A stretch of DNA of 64,000 nt from Camelus ferus (GCF_009834535.1 NC_045703.1:64356001-64420000); one strand, 5' to 3'. Counted from the first letter of the stretch, positions 1-12,214 are shown. Program-made: numbers and translations. The notes: a model not told the origin generated them from the letters alone.

Positions 1-29
1 GAAGTTGGAGATTTTACATAAGATGCACT

Positions 30-43
30 GTTGCTATGGCAAC
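30..43. promoter_or_regulatory. RFX X-box (near-perfect palindrome)
   Basis: GTTGCTATGGCAAC differs by 1 nt from the palindrome GTTGCCATGGCAAC, the high-affinity RFX site. Confidence 0.55.
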
Positions 44-300
44 ATTAACGCCACTCCCTCCAGCAACTGCAAGAGCAAGGTGTGGACATAACATGCTTTA
101 GTGATTTTACCATCTCCTGATGTAGGGAAGAATCCAGGGAGACGTTACCTCAGGTAATTGGCACCTATTCTTGGGAAAACATCCTCAGAGGAATTGCAGC
201 TCCTAAATCAGTCCTTCATTTTCTCTGAAGGAACACTATAACTATTTCAAGTCCCTAGCAGAGATCTGTGACCTTCCTTCCTTGCCTCCTTTTTTCTTCC

Positions 301-1005
301 AATTATTCATTTCACAATTGTTTCTTGACCACCTACTCTGTGTTAGAGACTGTGCTAAAAGCTGGAGATATTGTAGTAGATGAAGTGGACAAAATCGCTG
401 ATTTGTGGAGTTTACATTCTAATAAGGAAGACAGATAAGAAACGTAAGTGAATAAAAAATGTAATATGTAAATGTAAGTAGTGGTAAGCGAGATGAAAAA
501 CATAATATTGTATAGGCAGAAAGGGAGTAGGTCAGTGTGGCACTTCAGAAGAGATAATCAAGGAAGTCTAAGTAAGGGTTGATATTTAAGTAGAGACCTG
601 AAGGAACTGAGAAAATAAAGATTCCAATATTTGGGAAGAGGGAACAAGTGCAAAGAAGCTGATGTTGGAATACAGGCAGATTTTTCACAGAATGTAAGAA
701 TGCCAAAGGAGGTGGGAGTGGGGAGAGTGGTAGGCGTTGACAAAAGCAGGAAAGCTTATGGAAGGCATGCTCATTTATAGAAAGGACACTGGGTTTTATT
801 TTAAACATGATTATGGGAAGTTATGGGGGGACAGGTTTGCTGACTGGAAAATATTAGGGTCTTGTATATATTTTAAAAGTATCACTCTGGCTGCAGAGGA
901 GAGAATAAATAGTAGACAGGTTGGTGAGAAGAGTTGAAGCAGGAGAGATTAAGAGGTTACTTCTTGATTCCACAGTTGAGATGATCATGATTTAGATTCA
1001 GGCGT
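301..1005 (-). mobile_element. LINE2 (L2) 3' fragment
   Basis: L2-type motifs: cacctactctgtgttagagactgtgcta, gatatttaagtagagacctgaagga, gagggaacaagtgcaaag, atcactctggctgc. Confidence 0.75.
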
Positions 1006-3684
1006 TTGCCTTCATTAATTACGGTGCATTTGAATTTAGCCTTGAAGGATGGTGTGTCAAGATTATATTTATCTGAATGTAGAAACCCCACTGCAATGAT
1101 TTAACCACATAGGGAGTTCAATTATTTTTCTATGAAATAAAGAGTCTGGAGATACGCAGTCTAGAACAAATGCAGCTGCTCAGGAAAGTCACCAGACCAG
1201 CCTCCTTTATGCTTCCTACTCCATCCTGTTCAATATCCTTAACACCTGCCTCTCATCCCCCTGGTTGCAAGATGGTGGCTTCCCCTCCAGGCACAGCAGC
1301 CACATTCCAGACAAAAAGAAACAACCAAGAGGAGGAAACAGCGGTCATACCAGGAAAGCAAAACTTCCACAGATGCTCCCTGCAAGCTTCTGCTTGTGTT
1401 GCATTGACCTGAACTGGATGACACAAACAACCCAGGAGGCACGGGACTCTGAGGATGAAAATATTTTTGACAAGATCCATTTCCACCACAAGGCTGGGGT
1501 TCTACTGGTAAGAAAGAAGAGAAAATTGATATTTGTTGAGCAACTAGCACCGTCTACCAATGGATGGGTAGGATTTACACAGTAAGGATGGAATGGCGGA
1601 AGAAGAGTGAAAAGGTTAGGGGGAAAAAAAAGGAAAGCACAGGTAATCAAAAGGAAGGATAGGGTTGTCAGAGGAGTCTGTCATTCAGGTGGCTCAGTAC
1701 AGGGGTAGTAACTGTTAGGTAAACTTAGAAATTTGGTTGATGTCACGCCACGTTAAAGGTATTTGAACTTTATGCGCAAACTAACACCAATGCAAAGTCA
1801 AGAAAATTAAAGGAAAATCAATAGGTTGTCTGCATAATAACAATCCTTCACCCTCGGGGCACTAGTAAAGACACCCTGAGATAATCTGTGCAAAATGCTG
1901 AGCCCAGTTCCTGGCGCATAACAGCTAAAACTATTGTTATATGACACACTAAATGAGCAGGACCACAGGGAGGGAGCCCCGTTAGGGGTTTTTGCTAGAG
2001 CACAGGGAGAGGAAAAGAGAGCTGGAAGCAGGTGGGGTGAAAGGAAGTTTCCAGCATCTTACAGCAAACGTGTAGGAGCCATGCACATGCGGAAGAACTG
2101 TTTCTTATCTATTGGAAGGGAAGAGGAAGAAAGAGTCAAAGATGTTTGTTTTGATCCAAACGATAGAGAAACACTGGTGTGAATGTGGCAAAAAAAAATT
2201 AATATATTAAATTGTGCAGAAATAAGTAAGGGGTATTTTCCCCAGTCCCATACCAAGAATTCTTTGTGTTCTAAGCCTGGGCTGTCTGAACCAAGGAGGT
2301 AGTGAACAGCATTTGGTTGTGGGGCTAAAAACAGAGATTGAAAATATCATCAGGTAATTTCCCACTCAGGTTGTGATTTGGGGAGTTACGATCTATTGAG
2401 GAAAGTCTGGGCTGGAGTGGAAGGGAACAGAAAGCCAGAAAGAGGAGAGAGAGTCTCCCCAGGACTAGCAAGATGCCGGTACGGCCAATGCTAGTCATTC
2501 TAGGAGGGACAGGCACCTGTGTCCTCCACTCAGAGCTCCACATCTGAAGGGTTTCCTTTTAGGTTGACACAAAATTGGGGAAACGGAGGATGACGAAAAC
2601 AGCAGGTAGGATGCAGAGCACGGAGGCGAGGCAGCAGGCAGGAAGAAGTGCTGAGTAGCCCTGGGACAGAGGGGCTGCAGATGGCAGAGCCCCGCAGATG
2701 GGCTTGTCCAACCCATGGGTCCCACGGGAGCCCCTGGCTGGGCTGGGGGTAGGTCCCTCCCTTTGTGGCAGCTGCAAAGTCCCAGGCAAAGGTGCATCTG
2801 CCCAGCCAGATGCTGGGAGGGCTCACTGTACTGAAAGACTTCCCTACTCACTGCATTTAACCTAAAGATGGAGAAACCACCTTCTGCAATAAATGTGGGG
2901 CACTTCGGAAAACCATTCTGCCTACCCATGGTCTGAAGAGTCCAGAAGCCTAACAAAATGCAATGCTGCATTTTAAAGGTTTGGTAATTTCTTACCTCCA
3001 GCAAAAGTGAGAAACGAACCATTCTAGTCCCTCACCTGGTGACCCCTCCAAACTTTAAAAAGGACAAGTGTGAATGGCTGCATGACGTTCGGGGGCTTGC
3101 AGGTCAGGTTCGCTCAATCAACTAAAACAGACCCATGTTAGGGAGTTCGGATTTAAAATGTCATTTTAAGGTTTTATGATCAGACCATAAAACAAAACAG
3201 ATTTATGATATAAATAAAATGCTCCTCCTCTCCTTAGAGCTTGGTCACAAAAGCCCTCTTTTTTTCCTTTTCTTAGGTACGTTACTCTTTGGGGCCATGC
3301 CCTTTGTCTGAAAGGAAAACAGGTCAACCTCCTACCCGATGGGTGAAGAGCCTGCCTGCCGGCTCCTCTTTTTTCTACTGGGGTCGTCTTAATTGGTCCC
3401 AAGCTGATTTGGAGAGAACAAGGCTGGGATTCTCACCTGGAGAACTGACTTCCATTATGATTGAAGAGCTGGGAAATGTTTTGGGGAGGGGAGATGCCTC
3501 CCTTCCCTGCAGGGAAGAGCTCCCTTTCACACACTCACCCAGCACAGGCAACACGTGCTAGAGCGAGACATTTCTTGTGCAAATCAAAGAAAAGAAGCTG
3601 CTACCAGCTGCCCCTTCACTTTGCTCAATCCATTTTTGGTTAACTAATTGAATATCTCCTTTTTATTCCCCATCCTTGTTTCAG

Positions 3685-3827
3685 GCTGGCAGGCAGCAGT
3701 GCCATTGGCGGCACAGTTCCATGTATGAATCGGCTGCCAGACCTGCCGCAGTCAACTCCTTCTTGAACTCTCCATGCGCTAGTTCAGAGAGCACTGTTCT
3801 ACCATCATCCCACCATGGCACTTCCAA
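3685..3827 (+). other. Candidate exon start (acceptor plus Kozak ATG at 3815), truncated by the N-gap
   Basis: Branch-like CTAAT at 3644-3648, AG-free pyrimidine tract, TTTCAG|G at 3684, then CCACCATGG at 3810-3818. Confidence 0.3.
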
Positions 3828-4007
3828 NNNNNNNNNNNNNNNNNNNNNNNNNNNNNNNNNNNNNNNNNNNNNNNNNNNNNNNNNNNNNNNNNNNNNNNNN
3901 NNNNNNNNNNNNNNNNNNNNNNNNNNNNNNNNNNNNNNNNNNNNNNNNNNNNNNNNNNNNNNNNNNNNNNNNNNNNNNNNNNNNNNNNNNNNNNNNNNNN
4001 NNNNNNN
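3828..4007. other. Assembly gap (180 N)
   Basis: Run of N. Confidence 0.95.
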
Positions 4008-5692
4008 TTCAGCTTTTAAGAGTTCAGGTGTGGTCCCCAGGAGATGGCTCTGAGAATCGCTGTGAAAATATCTCATTTGTACTAATGCACTTTGCCTATT
4101 TCATAGCAGATCCTTGGGAAACTAATTTACATTTTTTTTAAATGTCAAAGGTTTCTCCAGAGATTGTTCATTCATTATATTTATTTTCTTGGACATGATT
4201 TTAACAAACCTTCCCCTGAAGAGCCTGTGGCTATTAACTTTAAGGAATGGGTGCTCAAGAGAGAGTTAAAAGCAAATGGTTTAAGGGGAAGGACTGAACC
4301 ACAGTCCCTCAAGGGTATTCATCTGCCCCCAAACTCATTTCATTGATTCTTCATTCACAGGCCACGAGCAAGAAGAGCAGAAGGAAACGCCTTCTCTCAT
4401 CCTTCAACCGAATGGTGGATTCCAACCACTGCTAAACACTAAATTCGGCTGCATTCTGACTTTTATGGGCCGTATTTTGGCCCCCCCTAAAACAGAAACC
4501 AGGTTAAAAGAGTAACTTTGAGGGATTCAGGAAAGGAATTCCCCGGGGGAGCATGAATTATGCGGCTGTCAGATACCCTGATAGCCCTCATTTAATTAGA
4601 GCAGCATTTCAACTCTGCCGCAGCGATGCCCCAGCCTCTCTGCTGGGAAATTTCACACTTCTCAGAATAGATATCGCCCATCTCCCACATGTAGGATCAG
4701 GGACTTACAGAGTTGGAGTGATCCTAAATGTCTCCTGAAAAACTTGCTATTCAGTGGAGGAATGTTCTCCAGGACACGACGGACAGAGGTCCTCCATCCT
4801 CCATTTGAATACTTTCAGTGCCTGGACTTTTATCTTCCCCTAAGGCAACTGTGTCCTCTGTCTAAGAATCTGAATTATCATAAAATTACCCCTTCATGGA
4901 ACTGTACCTGCTCCCAGGATGATCATTGCTTCAGCGTATCTTTCAGAGCAGTAGACAATTATGTACTCCTGTTCTCACAAAAATACCTCTTCCACTTAGA
5001 AAAATACATTCCCATTGCTTCTTCACTATTCACGCATCCCACAAACATGTACTGGGCACCTACAAATGCCAGGTCTGGGCTTGGTGCTGGAGACAGCATG
5101 GTGCCCCTACCTTCACATGACTCAAAATCCACTGAGGAGAATTACACTTAGGCTAGGGGCCACCTTTCCCTGAATTTACTTTCTCCTGCGTAAAACGTTT
5201 CACGTTATTCGTTCTTTCCTAAAGACAGACAGCACCCAACACTCACCCTCTGGATCCTCTTATCCTGATGCCAGTGACGCGTGCTACCGAGAAATAAGCA
5301 GAGATCTTCGTGGTCTGTGCCACTGTTGTTTCCTCTGGTGTTTCAGCCTAACCCATCATTCCTGGGACACCCAAGTGTCCAAGATGTGGTTTACCTTAAA
5401 ACCCCCTTCTCTCTTGTTCTGAAATACAAGGGCGGGGGTTGGAACAGGGGTGTGGGGATGGCTAAACTTAACTGATATGAGCAATCCCCCTTTTACGATA
5501 TTAGTGAAGGAAGTCTAAACTCAGAGCCCAAACGATTTTGGTGGGGAAACTTTCAGAATTTCACTCCCAGCATGCCTCAGACACAGCCCCTTCTCTCTCC
5601 CAGGCAATGCTGAGGACACTGGGCTATCCTGACAGTTCTGTTTTCTCCATACAACATCAGGAACACACTTTTATTAATAATTAATAGTTCTT

Positions 5693-5896
5693 CAATATCT
5701 TGTAAAAATATCTAATGAAAATGAACATATATATATATTATATATATGCATGATTGGGACATTATGCTGTGCACCAGAAATTGACACATTGTAACTGATT
5801 ATACTTAAATTTAAAAAAAAAAAGAATTTTTTCTATGAATAAAAAAATGTAAAAAAAAAAAAGAAACTGAAATAACAAAGCAAAAAACCCAAAAAA
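5693..5896 (+). mobile_element. Young 5'-truncated L1 (camelid-type 3' UTR end) with A-rich tail and 18-bp TSD
   Basis: gcatgattgggacattatgctgtgcaccagaaattgacacattgtaactgattatactt followed by poly(A); flanked by TAATAATTAATAGTTCTT at 5675-5692 and 5897-5914. Confidence 0.85.
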
Positions 5897-6094
5897 TAAT
5901 AATTAATAGTTCTTGAAGCATTTACCTAAGTGACTTCGGAGCAGGCCTAGCAAGAAAGGAATTAATACAAGCCACAGAATTGTCTGGGATTCCTCTCCTG
6001 TGCTTCCTTCTCCTGGGGTCACTGGAAACACTCAGTTAAGCTTTTACAGCCAACTTCTCCATCACTACTGACGTTTTTCAAGATTTGTTCTGTT

Positions 6095-6378
6095 GTCACT
6101 TCAGAGTGACCTTCTCCAACCACCTCTTTTAAAAGACTGTGCACCATCAGCATCTAGTCCCTTACCTTGCTTTGCTTTTTCCTAGCACTTATGAAAACTA
6201 AAATTATACTATTTTGTATTTATTTGTCTATATTCCATCTCCTCCAACAGAGAATAAGCTCCAGGAGGCCAACAACTTGGTTTTGTTCACCGCTAAATCC
6301 TTAATACCTAAAACAATGCCTTGTACTGTGTACTGGGTACTACAGAGATGTTTGCTGAATGAATGACTGAGTGGATGG
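6095..6378 (+). mobile_element. L2 3' end
   Basis: gaataagctccaggagg...ttgttcaccgct...acctaaaacaatgcc...gtttgctgaatgaatga terminus. Confidence 0.75.
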
Positions 6379-7021
6379 ACAACTGTGTTAAGGAGAGAAA
6401 GAAATACCTGCACTGTCTCATCCCAGAATACAGGGCTCTTCTCCTGGTGACCTCAAGCCGTCCTGCCCAGCTCTGTGTTTCATGTGCAACTGGAATACTA
6501 TGTTGTGACTGCTATGCCTTCTAAGATCAGAGGAAATTGCAATAAACCTTCACTGTAAATTTGTGGAGAAAACAATGCCCATTTGAAGATTCCTGGGGCC
6601 ACCTCTTGCTCTGAGTTCCTTCTTCCAGTAAATCAGTGTAGTGCATAGAACATCACAGCCCTGGAATTCAATTTTCCCAAAATTTCCCAGAAAGCTACAC
6701 ACATGCAGCACTCTGGGGAGGTCTGAGAAGACAAATGACTGAAAAAAAAAAAAAAACAAACCTAAAACCAAATATCATATGAAAACCCTAATTCATCAAG
6801 TTCCTCAGCTCCCCAGCTCTGTGGCTTCGTGCCTCTCTCTCCTCTCCATCCAGTTCTCATTTTACAACTCCTCTCAGGTGCACAGAGATGAATTCTGCTT
6901 TCTGATGAGGAACAGTTAGGTAGTTTCTACCATCTGCCTCCAAACTGAGCCCCAGCCTTCTCTTGTATAAGGCAAGGTAGTCAAATTTGAGTCATCAACT
7001 GACATTACCCTCAGCATCACC

Positions 7022-7617
7022 ATAGCAGGTGCTAGTCTAAAGATGCCCTCCCCAGGATTCCTGTCCTCTGGTTTCCCAATCAAGTGTGGATCGAGGTACT
7101 GCTGGGAAGAGATTTTGCAGATAGTTAAAGCCTTCTGTCAAGTGACCTTAAAATACAGAGATCACCTGTATGGGCATGACCCAATCAGGTGAGCTGTTTA
7201 AAAGCAGAGAGTTTTCTCTGGCTCGTAGTAGGAGAGGAAGTCAGAAAGATTCAGAGCACATGGAGATGTGACACACTGTGGCTGCCGTGACAGTGAGAAG
7301 GAATGTAAATGGCCTTGAGCTCAGAGAAGCCTCCACTTGGCAACAGGAAAGGAAACAGAGGACCTCCACTCTTCAACCACAGGGAACCAAATTTGGCCAA
7401 CAACCTGAATGCCCTTGAAAGCAGATTCTTTCCTAAAGAATCCAGAAAAGAACCTAGCCTAGCCAACACTTTGATTTCAGCCTGAGGAAACCCTAAGCCG
7501 AGAACCCATCTGAGCCCAGCCAGACTGATAACCTACAGAACTGTGAGTGGCAAAAGTTGGTTTCTCTAAGCTGTTACCTTTGTGGTCAGGTGTTACTCAG
7601 CAATAGAAAACTAATGC
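7022..7617 (+). mobile_element. MaLR solo LTR (MLT1E/F-like)
   Basis: ccaatcaggtgagctgtttaaaagcagagagttttctc, ttggccaacaacctgaatg, gccaacactttgatttcagcc; 3' end cagcaatagaaaactaat. Confidence 0.8.
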
Positions 7618-7639
7618 CATCTCCATCATTTCCATCACT

Positions 7640-7835
7640 TTTTATGTCCCAGGCCCTTGGCCAAACACTTTACATAATTATTTCACCTAATCCTGGCACC
7701 AACTACTATTTGGATAATACAAATATCCTTATTTTATAGGCCACAAAGGCCTTTAGAGTGGCGAGAGTCTATATATATGTACAACAAATGGCAGAATCAT
7801 AATTCAAATCCAGGCAGCCAGGGCTCTTAACCAAT
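7640..7835 (-). mobile_element. MIR fragment
   Basis: cactttacataattatttcacctaatcc...ccttattttatagg...ggcagaatcataattcaaatccaggcag. Confidence 0.6.
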
Positions 7836-8298
7836 GTGGGTTTCTGTATCCTTAAATTACACATGTCAGGTTCCATGCAGTCACTTCTGCACAGAGCTCT
7901 TCCTTCTTCCCAGATCCTAACTGGAGAGGGAAAGTATTCTTTCTTTTTTCCAATTACCTAATTGAATCATGGCCTTTTTCAAATGAACCCTTGCCTAGTT
8001 ATTCAACGCCCAAAAAATTTGTCCACAATGAACTAGAAAATAAGCAACAACGTCTTGGTGAGGGCACCATCTCCTGCGAAGTGATGCATATTTTCCTGCA
8101 TCACTCAAAGGCCAGTTTCCCCTTCTGCTGTCTCGCAGGAGGACCTCATCACAAGGACTTGGACATCCTGGCACATTCCAGTGATATGTAGATCATGGGC
8201 TCAAATGCCCGAGGAGCCACTAGAAACTTGGCTTTGAATGTGTAGCCTGGACCTCAGGATGACTTGCTCACGGTGACCCAGAACACTGGTTCCTGAGA

Positions 8299-8299
<1 letters not shown>

Positions 8300-8333
<34 letters not shown>
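8300..8333. repeat. (TG)n microsatellite
   Basis: About 16 perfect GT units. Confidence 0.95.
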
Positions 8334-8334
<1 letters not shown>

Positions 8335-9329
8335 AGTAGGCAGACACTATTGTTTCCTAAACGCTTTCTGTATCTTGCATTTCACAAATCACATATGCCT
8401 TTCGTGTTGGACTTCAACATCTCGATCTGAAGCTAACCAGAGAGGCCAAGCCCAAAGGGGAATTTACAAGATCTGCTCCTCTCAGCCCCACGAGAACATA
8501 AGTCCTTCAGCTTTTAGGGAGTGAGGGATCCAGAGAGAAAGGTATTCTACGGAAACTATGCACAATTTTAAGACGAGAGCAGTCGTTTTCACTGAGGCGT
8601 TTTCAATAGTAAAAATAAAATACCCTTGTGTCTTTAGGTATTCCTCACTCTTCTTTGATTCAAGCAAAGTCAACAAATCACGCTGCTTCTTGGAAGCAGG
8701 ATGATCCTCGAGCAGAGGGGGCCAATGTAGGTCGATTTGGGTTGGGGCATAATTTGGTAAATGGAACTCTAGCCCACCCCTGCCATCATGCTCTCTGTCC
8801 AGGTAGATCTGGGCTCAATTTCTTCCAGAAGCAGAGCTTATGAAAGAGAGAAAAGTATTTTCCTTTGAACTTTCGGAGAATTACAACAGAATCCTAATGC
8901 TTCAGGAACCCTCCAGACTTGAGTGAACTGTCACAATCAACTCCAAATTCAGATCTGATTCTCAAGAGTCTTTTAAGTCCTGTAGCCGGAGAAAAAATAA
9001 ATCTTTTTTGGAGGGGAAGGTGGAGATCTATTTCAGTTACACATGATAGAAAATATCCACCAATGACAGGGACAGTATCGGACACTGTCACAGGGAGGGT
9101 CTCTGGAAAGGGTCAAGGCTCTGGGGTGAACGAGCATAGCAGGGAAAGGTTGTGGTAGAAATTGAGGCACAGGGGACCTCATAGAAGACTATGAATCTCT
9201 CTAGGCTGGATTTCCAAACCCATATATATTGCAGTTGATTCTTTTATAATCCCAAACTCAAAGGAGTCTCACAAACAGCTCAAATAGTAGATAATTCTTA
9301 CTGCCCTTAGAACTTAGTGTAAGTCACAT

Positions 9330-9570
9330 GGTGGGAAGTTCAGCATAATGTGAAAAGCAAGGCTGTGATATCAGAGCTGGATTCATATTTTAGCTTCGCC
9401 AATAATGCAAATTAGCACAAGTTATTTTAACGTTTACACATCTGCTTTTCTGTTGTCTGTATCACGGGGATGATAGTGACATGAAACTGGAATGAGATGT
9501 ACAGAATAGGATGCTGAGCACGGTGGTTGCACTTAGAAGGATATCAAATACATATTGACTATTATTAAGT
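9330..9570 (+). mobile_element. MIR
   Basis: cagcataatgtgaaaagcaaggct...agagctggattca...gggatgatagt...gctgagcacggt...tattgactattatt. Confidence 0.6.
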
Positions 9571-10297
9571 AAAAACAGAATAGTCTCTGACAGAACGTAT
9601 TTAGAGAATTAGCACGTCTTGTATGGATCGCACGCATGTGGCACGTTAAAGGTGAATAAAAAAGATGAAATGGCAACTAGAGTGTGATGAGATGAAGGAA
9701 CTATGATAGACAGGAAGGGCCAAGGGAGTGAGAAGAGGAAAAGTCATCGTCAAGACCTTGAAGAAGATCTTCCATTGACACCCAGGTTCTTCTTTTCTGA
9801 TTTCTAAGGCAGAAGACATTGAACTGAAGGCTGGGCATCCCTGTTTCCACTTACAACCACTGCTGGGCAGGGGCAGCCTCAGCTAATCCAAAGTACTACT
9901 CAGTGCTAGGCCGCTGCATCTCAGTCCCCTCGTCCAACCTGACTGCTGCTCCTAACCTCCTCCTCCTGTTTCCAGCGGCGGGGGCCAGGTGGGAGTCATA
10001 GCGAGAGCACATTAGGGCTCCCTGGTGTGTGGTGGAGACTGTTAACACTGGAGACCAGGTTCTAGAGCGGCCCCGACTCCAGGCACTGCTGATGAGAGAG
10101 AAAGGGCAGATTAAAACCAAAATGGGCAACAAGAACCCAAAAGATGTAAACTGAAAGGCTAGAAACACAGAAAGATGGAAACTTTCAGTGGATGCAGCTC
10201 TGAAAAGACAACTCAGAATGGATCATCAGAAGGCTCGGGTAACTGTGACGACCAAAAATCAGAGAGTCACAAGGTGCAAAGCAAGATCAGCCAGAGA

Positions 10298-10488
10298 TAG
10301 AGTTACCGGATTCAGCAAAGAAAAACACAGGATGCTCAGGTAAATTTGAATTTCTGATAAACCAAAAATAATGATTTACAATAAATATGTCCTGGGCAAT
10401 GTTTGGCACATACTTATATTAAAAGATAAGTGTGTTTCATCCAGAATTTAAATTTAATTGGGTGACCTGTATTTCACCAGCAACCCTG
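10298..10488 (+). mobile_element. MER53 (hAT MITE, palindromic)
   Basis: tagagttaccggattcagcaaagaaaaacacaggatgctcaggtaaatttgaatttctgataa...tatgtcc...acatactta...ccagaatttaaatttaattgggtgacctgtattt...gcaaccct matches the recalled MER53 consensus. Confidence 0.85.
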
Positions 10489-11054
10489 TGCGGAGAACTG
10501 GTGAATGAGGTATTAGGTACATGAATTAGCCATTAGGTAGCTGGTGGTGAAACCAGATCAGTATCAGTGAAATGTTTGAGAAGGCTGCGGGCTGAGGCAA
10601 CTGCCCAGGCAAAGGGGCAGAGAAAGAGCAGTTATGGTTGGAGACGCCTAGAGCAGGATGGAGCCGACATCAGTGTCAGGGTTGCGAACTGAGTAAAAAC
10701 ATCAAGCGCCAGTGAAGGAACACAGAGCAGAAAATGCTTATCAAAAAAGTGAGAAGCTGTGGTTCAGCCCAGAGCCCGTGAGCAAGGTCTTGCTGTCATG
10801 GGATTGTGAAGTACAGGGCTTCCTACCCTGGTTATTAATAGTTCTCACTTCCCCTCTCCTCCTATCAGGAGACTGACACTGCTTCACCCAGCCAGCTGCC
10901 CCAGCCAGCCAGCTCCACACGACCCACAGGGCAAGCAGTCTTCCTTGATACGAACAGGCGAGGCCACCACTCCTGCATTAATTCCATAAATAGCACTGAG
11001 TGCCTCCCCCGCACCTGGCCCTGCTCCGGGGGCCAGATATGCTCATCCACTGTA

Positions 11055-11205
11055 TTTTAGTCTCAGCCCCACTGCATCAAATTCATCAGGGTTCCTTCTT
11101 AAAATGCAGATTCCTGGGTCCCACACCAGCTGTAAACGCCTCTTGGGGAATCTGGGAATCGGAACTTTCCTAAGTGCTTGACAGGATTCCTAAGTCGTGG
11201 AACCA
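11055..11205. mobile_element. MER5A-like hAT-Charlie fragment
   Basis: ttaaaatgcagattcctgggtcccacaccag and gggaatctgggaatc core motifs. Confidence 0.65.
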
Positions 11206-11289
11206 CCAATCCTTTACTACAAATAGGTAAGTCAGTGCCTTTGACTTGTGAGAAATGTGTAGGAGAAAAGCAAAATGCAAATGATATCT

Positions 11290-11410
11290 GGAAAACTAAA
11301 CATGGTCCCGGGGGAAGTTAAGGGACTTGCCCAAGCCCCATGGCTGGGAAAGGACAGAGATGGGACTCACACGGCAGTTTTCTATTTCAAAGCACAGTGT
11401 TGCTCCACTC
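11290..11410 (-). mobile_element. MIR fragment
   Basis: gaagttaagggacttgcccaag...gagatgggactc core. Confidence 0.55.
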
Positions 11411-12214
11411 CAGACCCTAGGTCTCAGATTAGGAATTGATCTGTCACACTTTTAGACCACCATGATGCGTCTAGGTAACAACGTGTAGTGACAGCAGAAA
11501 AAGGTGGGGATTTATCCTTTTGATTTATTAAGGTCAATAAGTACTTATTCTTTATTCTCCGTTTTCTTTAAGAGGTTGCTTCAATGCTGAAACACACCTT
11601 TATTTTTAAGGCTTATGAGACATAGCTGCCAACAGAAGGTGCTCTTGGTTCAGAGAGAAGCGCTACTCTGAAGACGGTGTCACAGAGCCTCTCTACACAC
11701 CTCACTGCGATTCAGAGAATCAAAGCATATTCCATTCACTGACACCTGCCACTGCGGACTGTCAAAGTTCTTAACAGGAAAGACTTGCCTATACCCATCA
11801 TATCTTCTTGAAACAAAATGGGGGGAGGGATTTGCTCCCATTTTACAGGTTGAAAAATTGGAGTTGAGAAACCAATGATAAATTCCTTTTCAAGGCACTG
11901 GAGGTAAAAATTAGGCAAAAACAGAGGGCAAACCCCCACCTTACTGCTTCCTCCAGCAAAATACATGCTTTCCTCATTTCCATCTGCCCCCCTGCCGACC
12001 TGGAATTCATCACACCCTCCTTTCCATCTTTCCCACCACAGCTCCCAAACCAAGGATGGCAGAAGAGTAGCAGCCCACAACAAAAAGAGAATAAAATTAG
12101 AATAAAAAAAGTTCTAATATCTCTTCAGTGCTCTGCAGCGTTCAACGACCAAGGAGAAACACAAGCTACGATTCAACTCATCTCCGTGATTACCTTACAG
12201 AAAAATGTATCTTA

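Noticed and set aside
1265-1585. 106-aa ORF with a CTG|GTAAGA donor near 1508
   Set aside because: No good acceptor or Kozak context; peptide not recognised
2996-3121. Minus-strand donors (CAG|GTGAGG, GAG|GTAAGA) with a weak acceptor
   Set aside because: Weak pyrimidine tract and all frames closed; probably a pseudo-exon
3815-3827. Possible identification of MALP... as GDF9, UBLCP1, NLGN1 or RNF168
   Set aside because: Sequence after the gap and the rest of the window lacks the expected continuation or downstream exons of these genes
4765-4790. ACGGACAG, resembling the right half of a REST/NRSE site
   Set aside because: Left half-site does not match
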